NCBI GenBank assembly: GCA_052279835.1
Contig: CP181291.1
Location: 1,888,001-1,952,000 of the forward strand
Direction: 5' to 3'
Origin: Microcoleus sp.
GTDB lineage: Bacteria > Cyanobacteriota > Cyanobacteriia > Cyanobacteriales > Microcoleaceae
DNA length: 64,000 nucleotides
Shown: positions 1 through 9,538 of the stretch, in pieces
Layout: each line of letters starts with the position of its first letter
How positions within the stretch are numbered: the stretch's first letter is position 1
Notes under the pieces: generated by a model
The model's database searches: none
What the model saw: the letters and a program-made list of their open reading frames with translations, nothing else
Told to the model about the DNA's origin: nothing
Translations under genes and position numbers: made by a program

Positions 1-1737
1 CAATCAGTTCAAGGCTATTTAGTCACGAAGGTAGGTCAAATAATTACTACTGATATTAGAAATGATTTGTTCGCCCACGTCACTTCCCTAGCCGTCAGAT
101 TTTTCGATCGCACTCCTGTAGGCAAACTGATGACTCGTCTCACCAGTGATGTCGAGGCTTTGGGGGAAGTTTTTTCTTCCGGGGCGATCGGGATTATCAG
201 CGATTTATTTTCAATATTAGTAATTGCCGTATTCATGTTTACCATGCAGTGGCAATTAGCTTTAATGTTGGTGTTAATGATGATCCCAATTACCGCCCTC
301 ATAGTTTATTTTCAGTATAAATATCGGATCGCCAATTACAAGACTAGAGAAGAACTTTCCGATCTCAACGCACAACTGCAAGAAAACTTGACTGGTATTG
401 GTGTAGTACAGCTATTTCGTCGTGAAAAATTCAATTCACAACTGTTTCGTGTCACTAATAAACGCTATATTAAGGCAATTGATGAAACAATATTTTACGA
501 CTCCGCCGTATCTGCGACATTAGAATGGATTGCTTTAGTGGCGATAGCAGCAGTTTTGTGGATGGGCGGTCAAAGCCTTCTGGGAGGTACAATTAATTTT
601 GGGACTCTCTCTGCATTCATTTTGTTTGCTCAGCGTCTCTTCGATCCCCTGCGGCAATTTGCAGAGAAATTTACCGCTATTCAAGCAGGATTTACGGCGG
701 TTGAACGGATTAGCGATATTCTCAACGAACCCATCGAAATTAAAGATCCAAGTATCCAACAAAAGCAAGAAGTAGGAAGAGGGAATAGCAAACAAGGAAA
801 AGCAGAATATTATTCACCGCTGCTGATAACGGGACATCCAGACGCCATTGGTTACAATTTGTCTCCATTCCAGCCAGAATTGAGCGAGGAGAATCCTGAA
901 AATCCGCCCACTTCGGAATATCGTCTATTGTCTAAAAAATCCCAAATCACCCCGCCCCATTTAGCCTTAGCAAAAGACGGAAAAAATTTCCAATCGCCGG
1001 ATGGTGAATCGGGAGAAATCCAATTTGACAATGTGTGGTTTGCTTACAAAGAAGACGAATATGTGCTGCAAAACCTGAATTTCACAATCAAATCTGGGGA
1101 AAAAGTAGCATTAGTTGGGCCCACAGGCGCTGGGAAAAGTTCGATTATCCGTCTGTTGTGTCGCCTTTACGAGCCCACTAAAGGACGTATTTTAATTAAT
1201 CATGTCGATATTCGGGATTTGGCTCAAGCAGAATTGCGGCGACACATAGGGGTGATCATCCAAGATGGATTTTTATTTGCTGGGGATGTGAAAAGCAATA
1301 TTAGTCTGGGTGAAAATTACTCGATCGAGGAAATTCAAGCAGCAGCAGAAAAGACCAATGTTGCTGGTTTAATTGAACAATTGCCCCAAGGTTATGATAC
1401 GCAATTGCGGGAGCGAGGTACAAATCTTTCTGGGGGACAAAAGCAGTTATTAGCCTTTGCTCGTGCGGCTATTCGCAATCCCAGTATTTTAGTTCTAGAT
1501 GAGGCAACTGCTAGTTTGGATGTGGGTACAGAATCTTTGATTCAAGAAGCTCTAGAGCGTTTAATGGCGGAAAGAACGGCGATAATTATTGCTCACCGAC
1601 TCTCGACTATCCGAAATGTCGATCGCATTTTAGTGCTTAAACGCGGCCAATTAATAGAGTCTGGTAGCCATGAGGAACTGTTGCAACAAGAAGGGTTGTA
1701 TGCTAGTTTGTATAAGTTGCAAATGCTAGGAAGTTAA
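1..1737 (+). CDS. ABC transporter permease/ATP-binding protein (MsbA/MdlB-like), 5'-truncated by the window edge
   Basis: Frame is open from base 1 (QSVQGYLVTKVGQ...). TM domain followed by Walker A GPTGAGKS, signature LSGGQ and Walker B ILVLDEA. Confidence 0.93.
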   Translation, partial: QSVQGYLVTKVGQIITTDIRNDLFAHVTSLAVRFFDRTPVGKLMTRLTSDVEALGEVFSSGAIGIISDLFSILVIAVFMFTMQWQLALMLVLMMIPITALIVYFQYKYRIANYKTREELSDLNAQLQENLTGIGVVQLFRREKFNSQLFRVTNKRYIKAIDETIFYDSAVSATLEWIALVAIAAVLWMGGQSLLGGTINFGTLSAFILFAQRLFDPLRQFAEKFTAIQAGFTAVERISDILNEPIEIKDPSIQQKQEVGRGNSKQGKAEYYSPLLITGHPDAIGYNLSPFQPELSEENPENPPTSEYRLLSKKSQITPPHLALAKDGKNFQSPDGESGEIQFDNVWFAYKEDEYVLQNLNFTIKSGEKVALVGPTGAGKSSIIRLLCRLYEPTKGRILINHVDIRDLAQAELRRHIGVIIQDGFLFAGDVKSNISLGENYSIEEIQAAAEKTNVAGLIEQLPQGYDTQLRERGTNLSGGQKQLLAFARAAIRNPSILVLDEATASLDVGTESLIQEALERLMAERTAIIIAHRLSTIRNVDRILVLKRGQLIESGSHEELLQQEGLYASLYKLQMLGS

Positions 1738-1847
1738 GATTGGAAGGAAAAAGCAAAAATCTTCCCTTATTTCTTAGTCCGCCCAGACAGACTTAGTTTT
1801 TATAGTCGCAGTTTTAACCGCCCATTTTTCAACTTAGACAGTTCAAT

Positions 1848-2066
1848 TTACTTGCCAGAAATTGTTTTCCAAAGCGTTTCTGGCAGGTGAATTATGTACT
1901 GAAATAATTGATTGGGTCCGATGCCGAACATTAACTGCATCGTCAGCACAATTACGGCCAAAGCAATCGCCGTCCCGATGCTAGCCTTTAATACTTTCAC
2001 GGCCCAATTAAATACTAACCAAGATACAAGTAATGAGGCAATTAAGATAATTAATTCTATGGGCAT
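1848..2066 (-). CDS. Small conserved membrane protein (2 TM helices)
   Basis: 72-aa hydrophobic ORF, co-oriented downstream of the NurA-like gene. Confidence 0.75.
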   Translation of the reverse strand: MPIELIILIASLLVSWLVFNWAVKVLKASIGTAIALAVIVLTMQLMFGIGPNQLFQYIIHLPETLWKTISGK

Positions 2067-2132
2067 ATAACATTTTTAACTCTTATTTAACTATACTTGT
2101 GATGGCTAACTATTTAAAACTATCTGTATACT

Positions 2133-3350
2133 TCAAGCAATGCTGCCGCGTTTCCGTGTTTCTTTGTAAGAAATTCCGACATTTTGTAAGCCTGCTTTAA
2201 TCATTTCTTGCTCCAATAAAGCGAAAAATCGACCTCTATCTCCTCCTTTCACCACAGCTTGATTGTGGGCTTCTGCTAAGGTGACTGGATAGCCGCCGCC
2301 TTTGCGTACCTGAGCTAGCATCATTCCCAAGGCTAAATCTAGCTGGGCTGAATCTTCGACTACCCATTCCGGCACTTCTATTCTAGCAATTTCTGTCCCT
2401 ACATGAACGTAACAAAAATAGACGGAATTCAAGCCGTACAAATCTAAGATTCTAGCTTGGGATTTCCAGAAAGGACTTCTTTCTCCCGGTGACAAGATTG
2501 TGGCCCATAAAATGACATCTCGCAAGGGTTCAAATACTTGACAAGGTGCTTTTTCGGCGTAGGAAAGTGTGGCCGCAAATCCGACATTGGGGCAGTTAGT
2601 TATGCAGTCGGGTACTTCGTGGGTGCAAGCTTGAAATCGTAAAAAAGATAAGCTGTCGCTGCTGCGAGAAGCACTCAGATATCCTAATAGGGGAATTCCT
2701 GCTAAACGCAACTTGTCCCATGCTGCTAAGATGGGCTGCAAAATTAAATCGCGGGCATCAGTGGGTAAGGGTTCTAAAAACCAATAAATCAGGGAACCGT
2801 CTACCATTGCTAAAGCTGGTGCTGGTAATTTGTGGTTATTAACTTTTGCCCAATTTTCCCCCATTTCTGCTAGGAAGATGGCTTCGGAAACTGCCCGCCG
2901 ATATCCCATCCATTCTTCTGTTCTAATTCCCCACTGTCGGGAAATATATAAGTCTTCTGGTTTGTAAAAAACTTCTGGTACACTGTTTAAAACTGGGTGG
3001 CGACTTTGCCCGTAGTGGAGCATGACAGTGCCGATGTTTAGCAGGTAGCAGTAGGCTATTTCGTGATGGTTTGGTGAAATTTGTGAGCCATCTGTGGCAA
3101 AGACTGTATGGGCTGTGGGGGGAGTTGGGATATAAGTGCGATCGGACAAGGACTCGATCGGTGTGGCAGAATTAAATAAAGTGCGATCGCTCCAACTCTC
3201 TTGTAATTGTACCAATTCTTCCTGTCTCGCTGCGGCTTTTTGTAACAAATTCTGAGCCACTTCTAAACGCTGGCGAGCCGCCACAGCCTCCACGGTTAAA
3301 TGTTGGCTCATTCCCTGCATTGCTTTTGCTGCTTTTGTTAAATCTAACAT
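2133..3350 (-). CDS. nurA: NurA-family nuclease
   Basis: ATDGS, MVDGSL and GYP..LAEAHNQAVV motifs of the NurA RNase H-like fold. Confidence 0.85.
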   Translation of the reverse strand: MLDLTKAAKAMQGMSQHLTVEAVAARQRLEVAQNLLQKAAARQEELVQLQESWSDRTLFNSATPIESLSDRTYIPTPPTAHTVFATDGSQISPNHHEIAYCYLLNIGTVMLHYGQSRHPVLNSVPEVFYKPEDLYISRQWGIRTEEWMGYRRAVSEAIFLAEMGENWAKVNNHKLPAPALAMVDGSLIYWFLEPLPTDARDLILQPILAAWDKLRLAGIPLLGYLSASRSSDSLSFLRFQACTHEVPDCITNCPNVGFAATLSYAEKAPCQVFEPLRDVILWATILSPGERSPFWKSQARILDLYGLNSVYFCYVHVGTEIARIEVPEWVVEDSAQLDLALGMMLAQVRKGGGYPVTLAEAHNQAVVKGGDRGRFFALLEQEMIKAGLQNVGISYKETRKRGSIA

Positions 3351-3431
3351 TTGTTATTTGTTATTTGTTATTTGTTATTTGTTATTTGTTATTTGTTATT
3401 TGTTGTTTGTTGTTTGTTGTTTGTTTGTTAC
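3350..3431. repeat. Heptamer tandem repeat (TTGTTAT/TTGTTGT)n, STRR-like
   Basis: Directly visible run of 7-bp units immediately upstream of nurA. Confidence 0.9.
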
Positions 3432-3461
3432 TTGTGTTTTTTTACTCATTACTACATAACA

Positions 3462-4256
3462 TCATGTTTCCTCCGGGAGCCAATGGGAAAAATCTGCCGC
3501 AAACTGGGATAGAGACAACAATTGAACTGGTGCATTTTCAGCTACTGATTCCCGTTCAGCCAAAGTATTGTAACCCCAATCAGCTAAAAATAACTTCACA
3601 TCTGATAAATCAGGCTGTTGTTTCACCGAGAGCAAAGTTTTTAACCTGTCTTCCACAAACCAAATAGTAGTATTTTCGCCAGATGCTGCCAAAAATTCCC
3701 GCAAAATTTGATGTTTTGGCTTGTTATATTCCTTGCCATAAATTAATTCTGACGGTATTTGTACACCTGCTAGCTGCAAAAGTTCTCTCACAAAGCGACC
3801 TTCCTTTGTCGTAACTATCGCCACTTTGACCGAAGTATCCTGCCATCTGCATAAACTTTCGGCTACTCCTGGATAAAAACGGTGCAAAGAAAGCCATTCC
3901 GGCAAATCTTCGGCAATCCAATTATCCCGCAATCCATCTAAAATAGCCCCAACTGATGCAGCTTTTAAATCGTTTTCTGACATCAAGTGTGGTACAATGT
4001 TTGGCCAATCTAGCAATATTTGCTGTTCCGTAATTCCTGTCAGCAGTGCGCGAATCAGCAGGGGCATTTCCCACCCAGTTTCAATGGCTGGACGCACTCT
4101 ATAAAAACTGGAAGCTAAATCGGGTTCTGGGGCTGTTTGAGCGGGCTTCCAGATTTGACAGTAGGTGCGCCAAGCTGTTTGAAAATATTCGATTAATCCG
4201 TCGCAAATCACGCCGTCAAAATCCAGAGCTAGAATTGTGGGAAACTGATTATTCAT
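3462..4256 (-). CDS. HAD-superfamily hydrolase
   Basis: DFDGV motif I, VTTK motif II, FVEDR motif IV. Confidence 0.88.
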   Translation of the reverse strand: MNNQFPTILALDFDGVICDGLIEYFQTAWRTYCQIWKPAQTAPEPDLASSFYRVRPAIETGWEMPLLIRALLTGITEQQILLDWPNIVPHLMSENDLKAASVGAILDGLRDNWIAEDLPEWLSLHRFYPGVAESLCRWQDTSVKVAIVTTKEGRFVRELLQLAGVQIPSELIYGKEYNKPKHQILREFLAASGENTTIWFVEDRLKTLLSVKQQPDLSDVKLFLADWGYNTLAERESVAENAPVQLLSLSQFAADFSHWLPEET

Positions 4257-4293
4257 TAGTAAGCTGTCAGTTGTATTTTTTCAGGAGTGATTA

Positions 4294-5043
4294 TTAGAAA
4301 GATTGAACTAGGGGTTGATTCATCACTGCATCTAGTTTTTGAGACTGCAATAATTTAGTCCACTCTGCTGTCAGCTTGGCATCATCAGGAGCCTGACGGC
4401 GCAATTGGGCGAGATTAGCTACTGTTTCGTACCAAATCCCATTATTAGCGTAAATGCTCAGTCTAGCGATCGGGTCGGGAGTCGCTAAATCGGTTTTGAG
4501 ACTTGGCTGAGGTTCAATCCGCTGCACAGAACCCTTGACAAAATAATCTCCTGCTCTATCTTGTGAGTTGCAAATTACCGCAAAGGACCACTGATATCGC
4601 TGACCTACTTGAAGAGATTTCTGAGGATTATTAGTAGTAGGAATAGTTACCTCAACAATCCCTGGCTTGTCAACTTTGAAGGTAGTTTTGTAAATTTCCG
4701 TTGCTTTTTCATCTTCTGTTTGCAAAGTAAACTCCACTTCAGAACCACTTTGAGAAACGTAAGCCAAAAATGTTGGCGAGGCTGCTAGGGTTAAACCAAA
4801 ATTGGTGTCTGGGATTAAGGGAATAATCGATAATTCTTTTTGACACGCATCCCCTCGATGGGTTCCACCTTGGCGATTGTTGGGAGCTTCCACATCAGGG
4901 GGCTGGAAATTAATATTCTGGCTCAGTTGCATGGGGGTAGACTCAGCTAGCAATGGTGCTGGTAGACTAGAAATAATAGCTGAGAGCGCCCCTAGAGCCA
5001 GAGACTTAGTATAAACAGTAGTAAGATGCAGAGAACGTTTCAT
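4294..5043 (-). CDS. DUF928 family secreted protein
   Basis: Signal-like N-terminus; FQPP..P.NRQGGTHRG, GLTL..PTF, Y.WSF..IC and YA.NGIWYE motifs. Confidence 0.88.
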   Translation of the reverse strand: MKRSLHLTTVYTKSLALGALSAIISSLPAPLLAESTPMQLSQNINFQPPDVEAPNNRQGGTHRGDACQKELSIIPLIPDTNFGLTLAASPTFLAYVSQSGSEVEFTLQTEDEKATEIYKTTFKVDKPGIVEVTIPTTNNPQKSLQVGQRYQWSFAVICNSQDRAGDYFVKGSVQRIEPQPSLKTDLATPDPIARLSIYANNGIWYETVANLAQLRRQAPDDAKLTAEWTKLLQSQKLDAVMNQPLVQSF

Positions 5044-5155
5044 TGCTTTGACTAAATTGTAGAAGTGTGCTATTGCATTTTTGTAGGGTTAACCAGGAGT
5101 TGAAACTTCTGATTAACACTACAACTATCTCAATATTGACACAATCGAGAAAAAA

Positions 5156-5893
5156 TTAAAGAGATTCAACCAAGGGTTGAGTGGCTACGGAATCAAGTCC
5201 TTGAGAGTGCAACAATTTATTCCACTCTGCGGTCAAAACTGAATCTCCTGGTTTCTGGCGGCGCAGTTCGGCTAGAGTCGTGAGTGTCTCATACCAAATC
5301 CCATTTTCGGCGTAAAAGTTGACTCTTGTCATCGGGTCGATTTTTTGTAAACTGTTGTGGATATTGGCTTCTTTTTCTACTCGTTCTACCCAGCCTTTTA
5401 CTACTAAATCCGCCGATCGATCTTGAGTATCACAAATCATGGAAAATGACCAGACATAACGCTTACCTGCTTGCACAGACTTTTCTTTGTCTCCGGGGGG
5501 AACCTTCACGCCGACAATCCCTGGCTTGTCAACTGTGAAACTTTTTTCGTAGACTAATTCGTCTTCCTTTTCTGTCAGCAATGTGAATTCTATTTGGGCT
5601 TCTGTTTGAGGGACATACACAAAAAATGTAGGCGAATCTGTCAGTGTTAAACCAATATTACTAATGGGAACTAAAGGAGTAATGGATAAGCCAGCCGGAC
5701 ATTTACCATTACCACGATGTGTGCCCCCTTGTCGGTTGGCTGGGGCTGTGACGTCGGGAGGCTGGAAGTTAAGACTCTGACTCAGAAGAATTGGTTGAGA
5801 TTGGGCCCGCACTGGTGTGGGTATTGTGGGGAGAGTGGCTGCGATCGCAGATAAAGCCACCGAAACCGTAGCAATATGTAAAAAACGTTTCAT
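5156..5893 (-). CDS. DUF928 family secreted protein (paralog of 4294..5043)
   Basis: Same motifs. ATG at 5893 (MKRFLHIA) matches the paralog's start better than the TTG at 5962. Confidence 0.88.
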   Translation of the reverse strand: MKRFLHIATVSVALSAIAATLPTIPTPVRAQSQPILLSQSLNFQPPDVTAPANRQGGTHRGNGKCPAGLSITPLVPISNIGLTLTDSPTFFVYVPQTEAQIEFTLLTEKEDELVYEKSFTVDKPGIVGVKVPPGDKEKSVQAGKRYVWSFSMICDTQDRSADLVVKGWVERVEKEANIHNSLQKIDPMTRVNFYAENGIWYETLTTLAELRRQKPGDSVLTAEWNKLLHSQGLDSVATQPLVESL

Positions 5894-6226
5894 TTTTTGT
5901 ACCTTTGAGTATAATATTGCAAACACAGAAATTGTCTGTTTGCGAGATTTTTTTTCGAGCAACTAGACTCGCTGTAGATACACATTTTTAACCTTGACAT
6001 ATCCATAGCATTAATTAATGCGATCGGCAAGTGTATTCTCAGCAGCCCAAACATCGAGTTGTCGAAGTCGTAAGGATTATTACGGAGACTGAAAGCTAAA
6101 AACGGTAAAAAATTTTGACAAAGTTGCGGAATCTTCGGACTGTTCTAAGATAGAGACTGTCGAGGGTTAAGGCAAGCGCCTACAAACTGCTACTCCACAA
6201 ACGACTCAAACCTTTATTCAGGGACC

Positions 6227-8089
6227 ATGAGTAATATATTTAACCAAATTCGATCGGTAACAACCCCATTGAGTAAGTTTTATAAACCTTCGGTAACATT
6301 TGCGAGGTCTGTACTAATAGCTAGCGCAGCCGTAACGTTGTCTTTAATTGGGGCTAGACAGCTTGGCCTACTCGAATCAGTAGAGTTAGCAGCTTACGAC
6401 CAAATGGTGAGGTGGCGTCCTGACGAGAGTCCAGACTCGCGCTTGCTAATTGTCGGAATTACCGAATCAGACATTCAGAGGCTGAAAGAGTGGCCCATAT
6501 CCGATCGCAAAATAACTGAAATCTTACAAAAACTAGACAAACTACAGCCACGAGTCATCGGTTTAGATGTCCTGCGAGATGTACCCCAAGGAGAGGGGCG
6601 GGACGAGTTAACTAAATTTTTGCGCAGAAGCGATCGCACGATCGGAGTTTGTTTAGTCACCGATGGTACTGGGGATAGTCCCGGTACTCCGCCTCCCCCC
6701 GGAATGCCAAAAGACCGGATTGGATTTGCTGATTTCGGAGTAGATCCCGGTGGTATAGTGCGCAGGGCTTTATTATTTATGAAACCCCCAGCCATGGAGA
6801 CTAACTATCCTACTACAGAAAAACACCTTTGTAACGACAATTCTCAAGTTTTATTTTCTTTTAACCTCCAGCTAGCATTGCGCTACCTGCAACCGCAAAA
6901 AATTTACCCAAAACTCGCCAAAGACCAATCTTTATGGCTTGGTAAAAAGCAGTTTAAAAAATTGGAACCCAATGACGGAGAATATACAAATGTCGATCTC
7001 AGAGGATATCAAATACTAATTAACTATAGGTCGAGAAGTAAAGTAGCAAACCAAGTCAAATTAACAGATGTCTTGGAAGGTAAAATCAACCCGAACTTGG
7101 TTAAAGATAAAATAGTTCTCATTGGTTACACCACGGAAACTGTTAAAGACTTTTTTTATACTCCTTACAGTGCGGGAAAAGATAAAAACCAATTCATGCC
7201 AGGGATAGTTACTCACGCACAAGTCGTTAGCCAAATTTTGAGTGCGGTTTTAGACGATCGACCTTTATTTTGGTTTTGGCCCGAATGGGTAGAAATCCTC
7301 TGGATTTCAGGATGGTCAATTGTGGGAGGAACCTTGGCTTGGCGAATAACTCACCCTACGCGCTTGATACTCACCTTTGTGGCAATGCTGGGAGTATGTT
7401 GCATCACCAGCTTGGGGATTTTTTGGTTAGGAGGGTGGGTGCCGATGGCAACACCGGCCTTAGCTTTAGTTGTCACTGGTGGCAGTATTGTATTAGCCGA
7501 CAGATTTAATAAATCCGGTTACGGGAAAGCAATTACCGATCGCGTAAAACAAGTTTTCAAAATTGAAATAGACCAAGCCCAAAAAGATGAGCAAGTAGCA
7601 GAAATTACGCAATCTCAGTTCTTTAAAGAATTGCAGCAAAAAAAAGATCTACTTAGAGCGAGCAAAAAAGAACTCTCTGCTCCTTCTGCTTCTCCACCCG
7701 CAGAAATACCCAAAATAACTGCTGTTTCGACGACACCTCAAAACGCTGAAAGCCAGCCCCAGGATTACTTAGCTCACTTAAAGCAAAAATCTCAAAAACA
7801 CAAGCAGCGCGGGGCACGGAGTGAAGCTGAACAGGAATCCCAAACCCCTGTGACTGTTGAGGAAAAAGGGCTTGACGGAGCGATCGAAACTCAAACCGAT
7901 GAGGAGTTGAGCGATTTGTCAGCTCAGCCATCCCAAACCCCTGTGACTGTTGAGCAAACACTGCTTGACGGGGCGATCGAAACTCAAGCTGATGAGGAGT
8001 TGAGCGATTTGCAAGCCAAAGCCAGACAAATGCGACAGCGCAAAGCCGCAAAAAACCGGCTCAAAAATCCAACCAATCAGGACTATTAG
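6227..8089 (+). CDS. CHASE2-domain membrane sensor with a non-enzymatic charged C-terminal tail
   Basis: N-terminal TM, LIVGITESDI..WP.SD, PRVIGLD, D.GG.VRR, KIVLIG and MPG..HAQ.VSQIL, then 3 TM helices and a low-complexity tail. Confidence 0.9.
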   Translation: MSNIFNQIRSVTTPLSKFYKPSVTFARSVLIASAAVTLSLIGARQLGLLESVELAAYDQMVRWRPDESPDSRLLIVGITESDIQRLKEWPISDRKITEILQKLDKLQPRVIGLDVLRDVPQGEGRDELTKFLRRSDRTIGVCLVTDGTGDSPGTPPPPGMPKDRIGFADFGVDPGGIVRRALLFMKPPAMETNYPTTEKHLCNDNSQVLFSFNLQLALRYLQPQKIYPKLAKDQSLWLGKKQFKKLEPNDGEYTNVDLRGYQILINYRSRSKVANQVKLTDVLEGKINPNLVKDKIVLIGYTTETVKDFFYTPYSAGKDKNQFMPGIVTHAQVVSQILSAVLDDRPLFWFWPEWVEILWISGWSIVGGTLAWRITHPTRLILTFVAMLGVCCITSLGIFWLGGWVPMATPALALVVTGGSIVLADRFNKSGYGKAITDRVKQVFKIEIDQAQKDEQVAEITQSQFFKELQQKKDLLRASKKELSAPSASPPAEIPKITAVSTTPQNAESQPQDYLAHLKQKSQKHKQRGARSEAEQESQTPVTVEEKGLDGAIETQTDEELSDLSAQPSQTPVTVEQTLLDGAIETQADEELSDLQAKARQMRQRKAAKNRLKNPTNQDY

Positions 8090-8201
8090 AGCTTCTGGCA
8101 TCTTCCATCTTCCTTTTGCCATAGCTTGTCAAAGGGTCGAATGGTAGCGGAGGATGTGAAAGTAGTAATTTGCGTCCTCATCTCACACTCCAAACTAAAC
8201 C

Positions 8202-8960
8202 ATGTCCAAAACCATCTCTGTCCACTCCTACCGGGGTGGAACTGGCAAATCGAACACGACAGCAAACCTGGCATCTATCATCGCTAGCAAAGGAAATCGG
8301 GTGGCTATTGTAGACACCGATATTCAATCCCCTGGGATTCATGTATTGTTCGGTTTCACTGAAAACAATATGGATCGCTGTCTCAATGATTACCTATGGG
8401 GTCGATGTCCGATCGCCGATACAGCCTGCAAAGTAACATCCCTATTGCCCCAATTAGCGAATAAGGGCGAACTCTACCTGATCCCTTCCAGCATTAAAGC
8501 AGGGGAAATCGCACGAGTTTTGCGCGAAGGCTACGACGTAGGATTGCTGACGGACGGTTTTGAAGAGCTGATCGAGGTTCTGGACTTAGATTACCTATTT
8601 ATCGACACTCACCCTGGCCTCAACGAAGAAACTCTGCTGAGTATTACAATTTCCGACATCCTGCTGCTGATCCTGCGTCCCGATCAGCAAGACTTTCAAG
8701 GAACGGCTGTGACGGTAGATGTGGCCCGACAATTAGAAGTGCCAAAGATCTTGATGACTATCAATAAAGCCCCGGAATCCCTGGACTTTGATGATTTGAA
8801 GCAGCAAGTAGAGACTATATACAAGATCCCAGTGGCAGGAGTTCTGCCCCACAGTGACAAAATGATGCTGCTGGCGAGTAAGGGAGTTTTTGCTTTGCAT
8901 TACCCCAACGATCCCCTAACTGCGGTGGTGGAAGGGATCGCTAGACAAATTATGGCCTGA
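8202..8960 (+). CDS. MinD/ParA-family ATPase
   Basis: Deviant Walker A RGGTGKS, DTDIQSPG and IDTHPG. No obvious C-terminal amphipathic membrane-targeting helix, so not the canonical division MinD. Confidence 0.88.
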   Translation: MSKTISVHSYRGGTGKSNTTANLASIIASKGNRVAIVDTDIQSPGIHVLFGFTENNMDRCLNDYLWGRCPIADTACKVTSLLPQLANKGELYLIPSSIKAGEIARVLREGYDVGLLTDGFEELIEVLDLDYLFIDTHPGLNEETLLSITISDILLLILRPDQQDFQGTAVTVDVARQLEVPKILMTINKAPESLDFDDLKQQVETIYKIPVAGVLPHSDKMMLLASKGVFALHYPNDPLTAVVEGIARQIMA

Positions 8961-9297
8961 TCCTGGGATGTGCTGCTGTGCGAGGCGATCGACCATTTCA
9001 ACTCACGCCCACCGGGCGAGATGACCAGATGGCGGGGGCGATCGAACTTTCAGTGGCAAAGATTAGCTTGTTTAGTCTGAAGAATGGTGACACAATAAGA
9101 TAAAAATAGATTATAAAGAATAGCCGGAAAACCTGCTTGACTTGAGTCGAGGGATCGAAGGTAGTTGCAGGATAAATCCTGCCTTGATTTACCGATCGTG
9201 CCGAATCATGTTAAGCCAGTGTTTTTGCCTAGTCAAATACACCTCTGTCATCATGATTGTGGAATAGATATCCGGCCTGTTCAAGACTTGCTTTTAC

Positions 9298-9504
9298 GCA
9301 GAAGTCCCCTAGGACTTGTCAGTACAAGACATTAAAACCTACCCCCCGACAGGGGGAAAGTTACGACCGAGGAGCTAGTGGCCACACTAGGATAGCAGAC
9401 CGCCATGTTTGGCAACAGGATTGCGCCCGGAAACCCCAGCAATAGGGATATTAAGGCCGCCCAGTCTTAAGAATCCCGGCGTGAGCTTAACTGGGGAGAG
9501 TCAA
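9298..9504 (+). mobile_element. Non-autonomous IS200/IS605-derived element with a TnpB omegaRNA-like/right-end remnant
   Basis: Follows TTAC; internal hairpin CCCCC-CGACA-GGGGG; ends AAGAATCCC...GGGGAGAGTCAA like an IS605 right end; no tnpA/tnpB ORF. Confidence 0.6.
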
Positions 9505-9538
9505 CAGAATTTGTGAAAAAACTTTAGGAGGAGAAACA

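Noticed and set aside
3320..3667. Hydrophobic ORF (LFVICY)n
   Set aside because: Artefact of the TTGTTAT heptamer repeat, antisense to real genes.
9257..9445. 62-aa ORF
   Set aside because: Overlaps the IS605-like non-coding remnant and has no recognisable protein motif.
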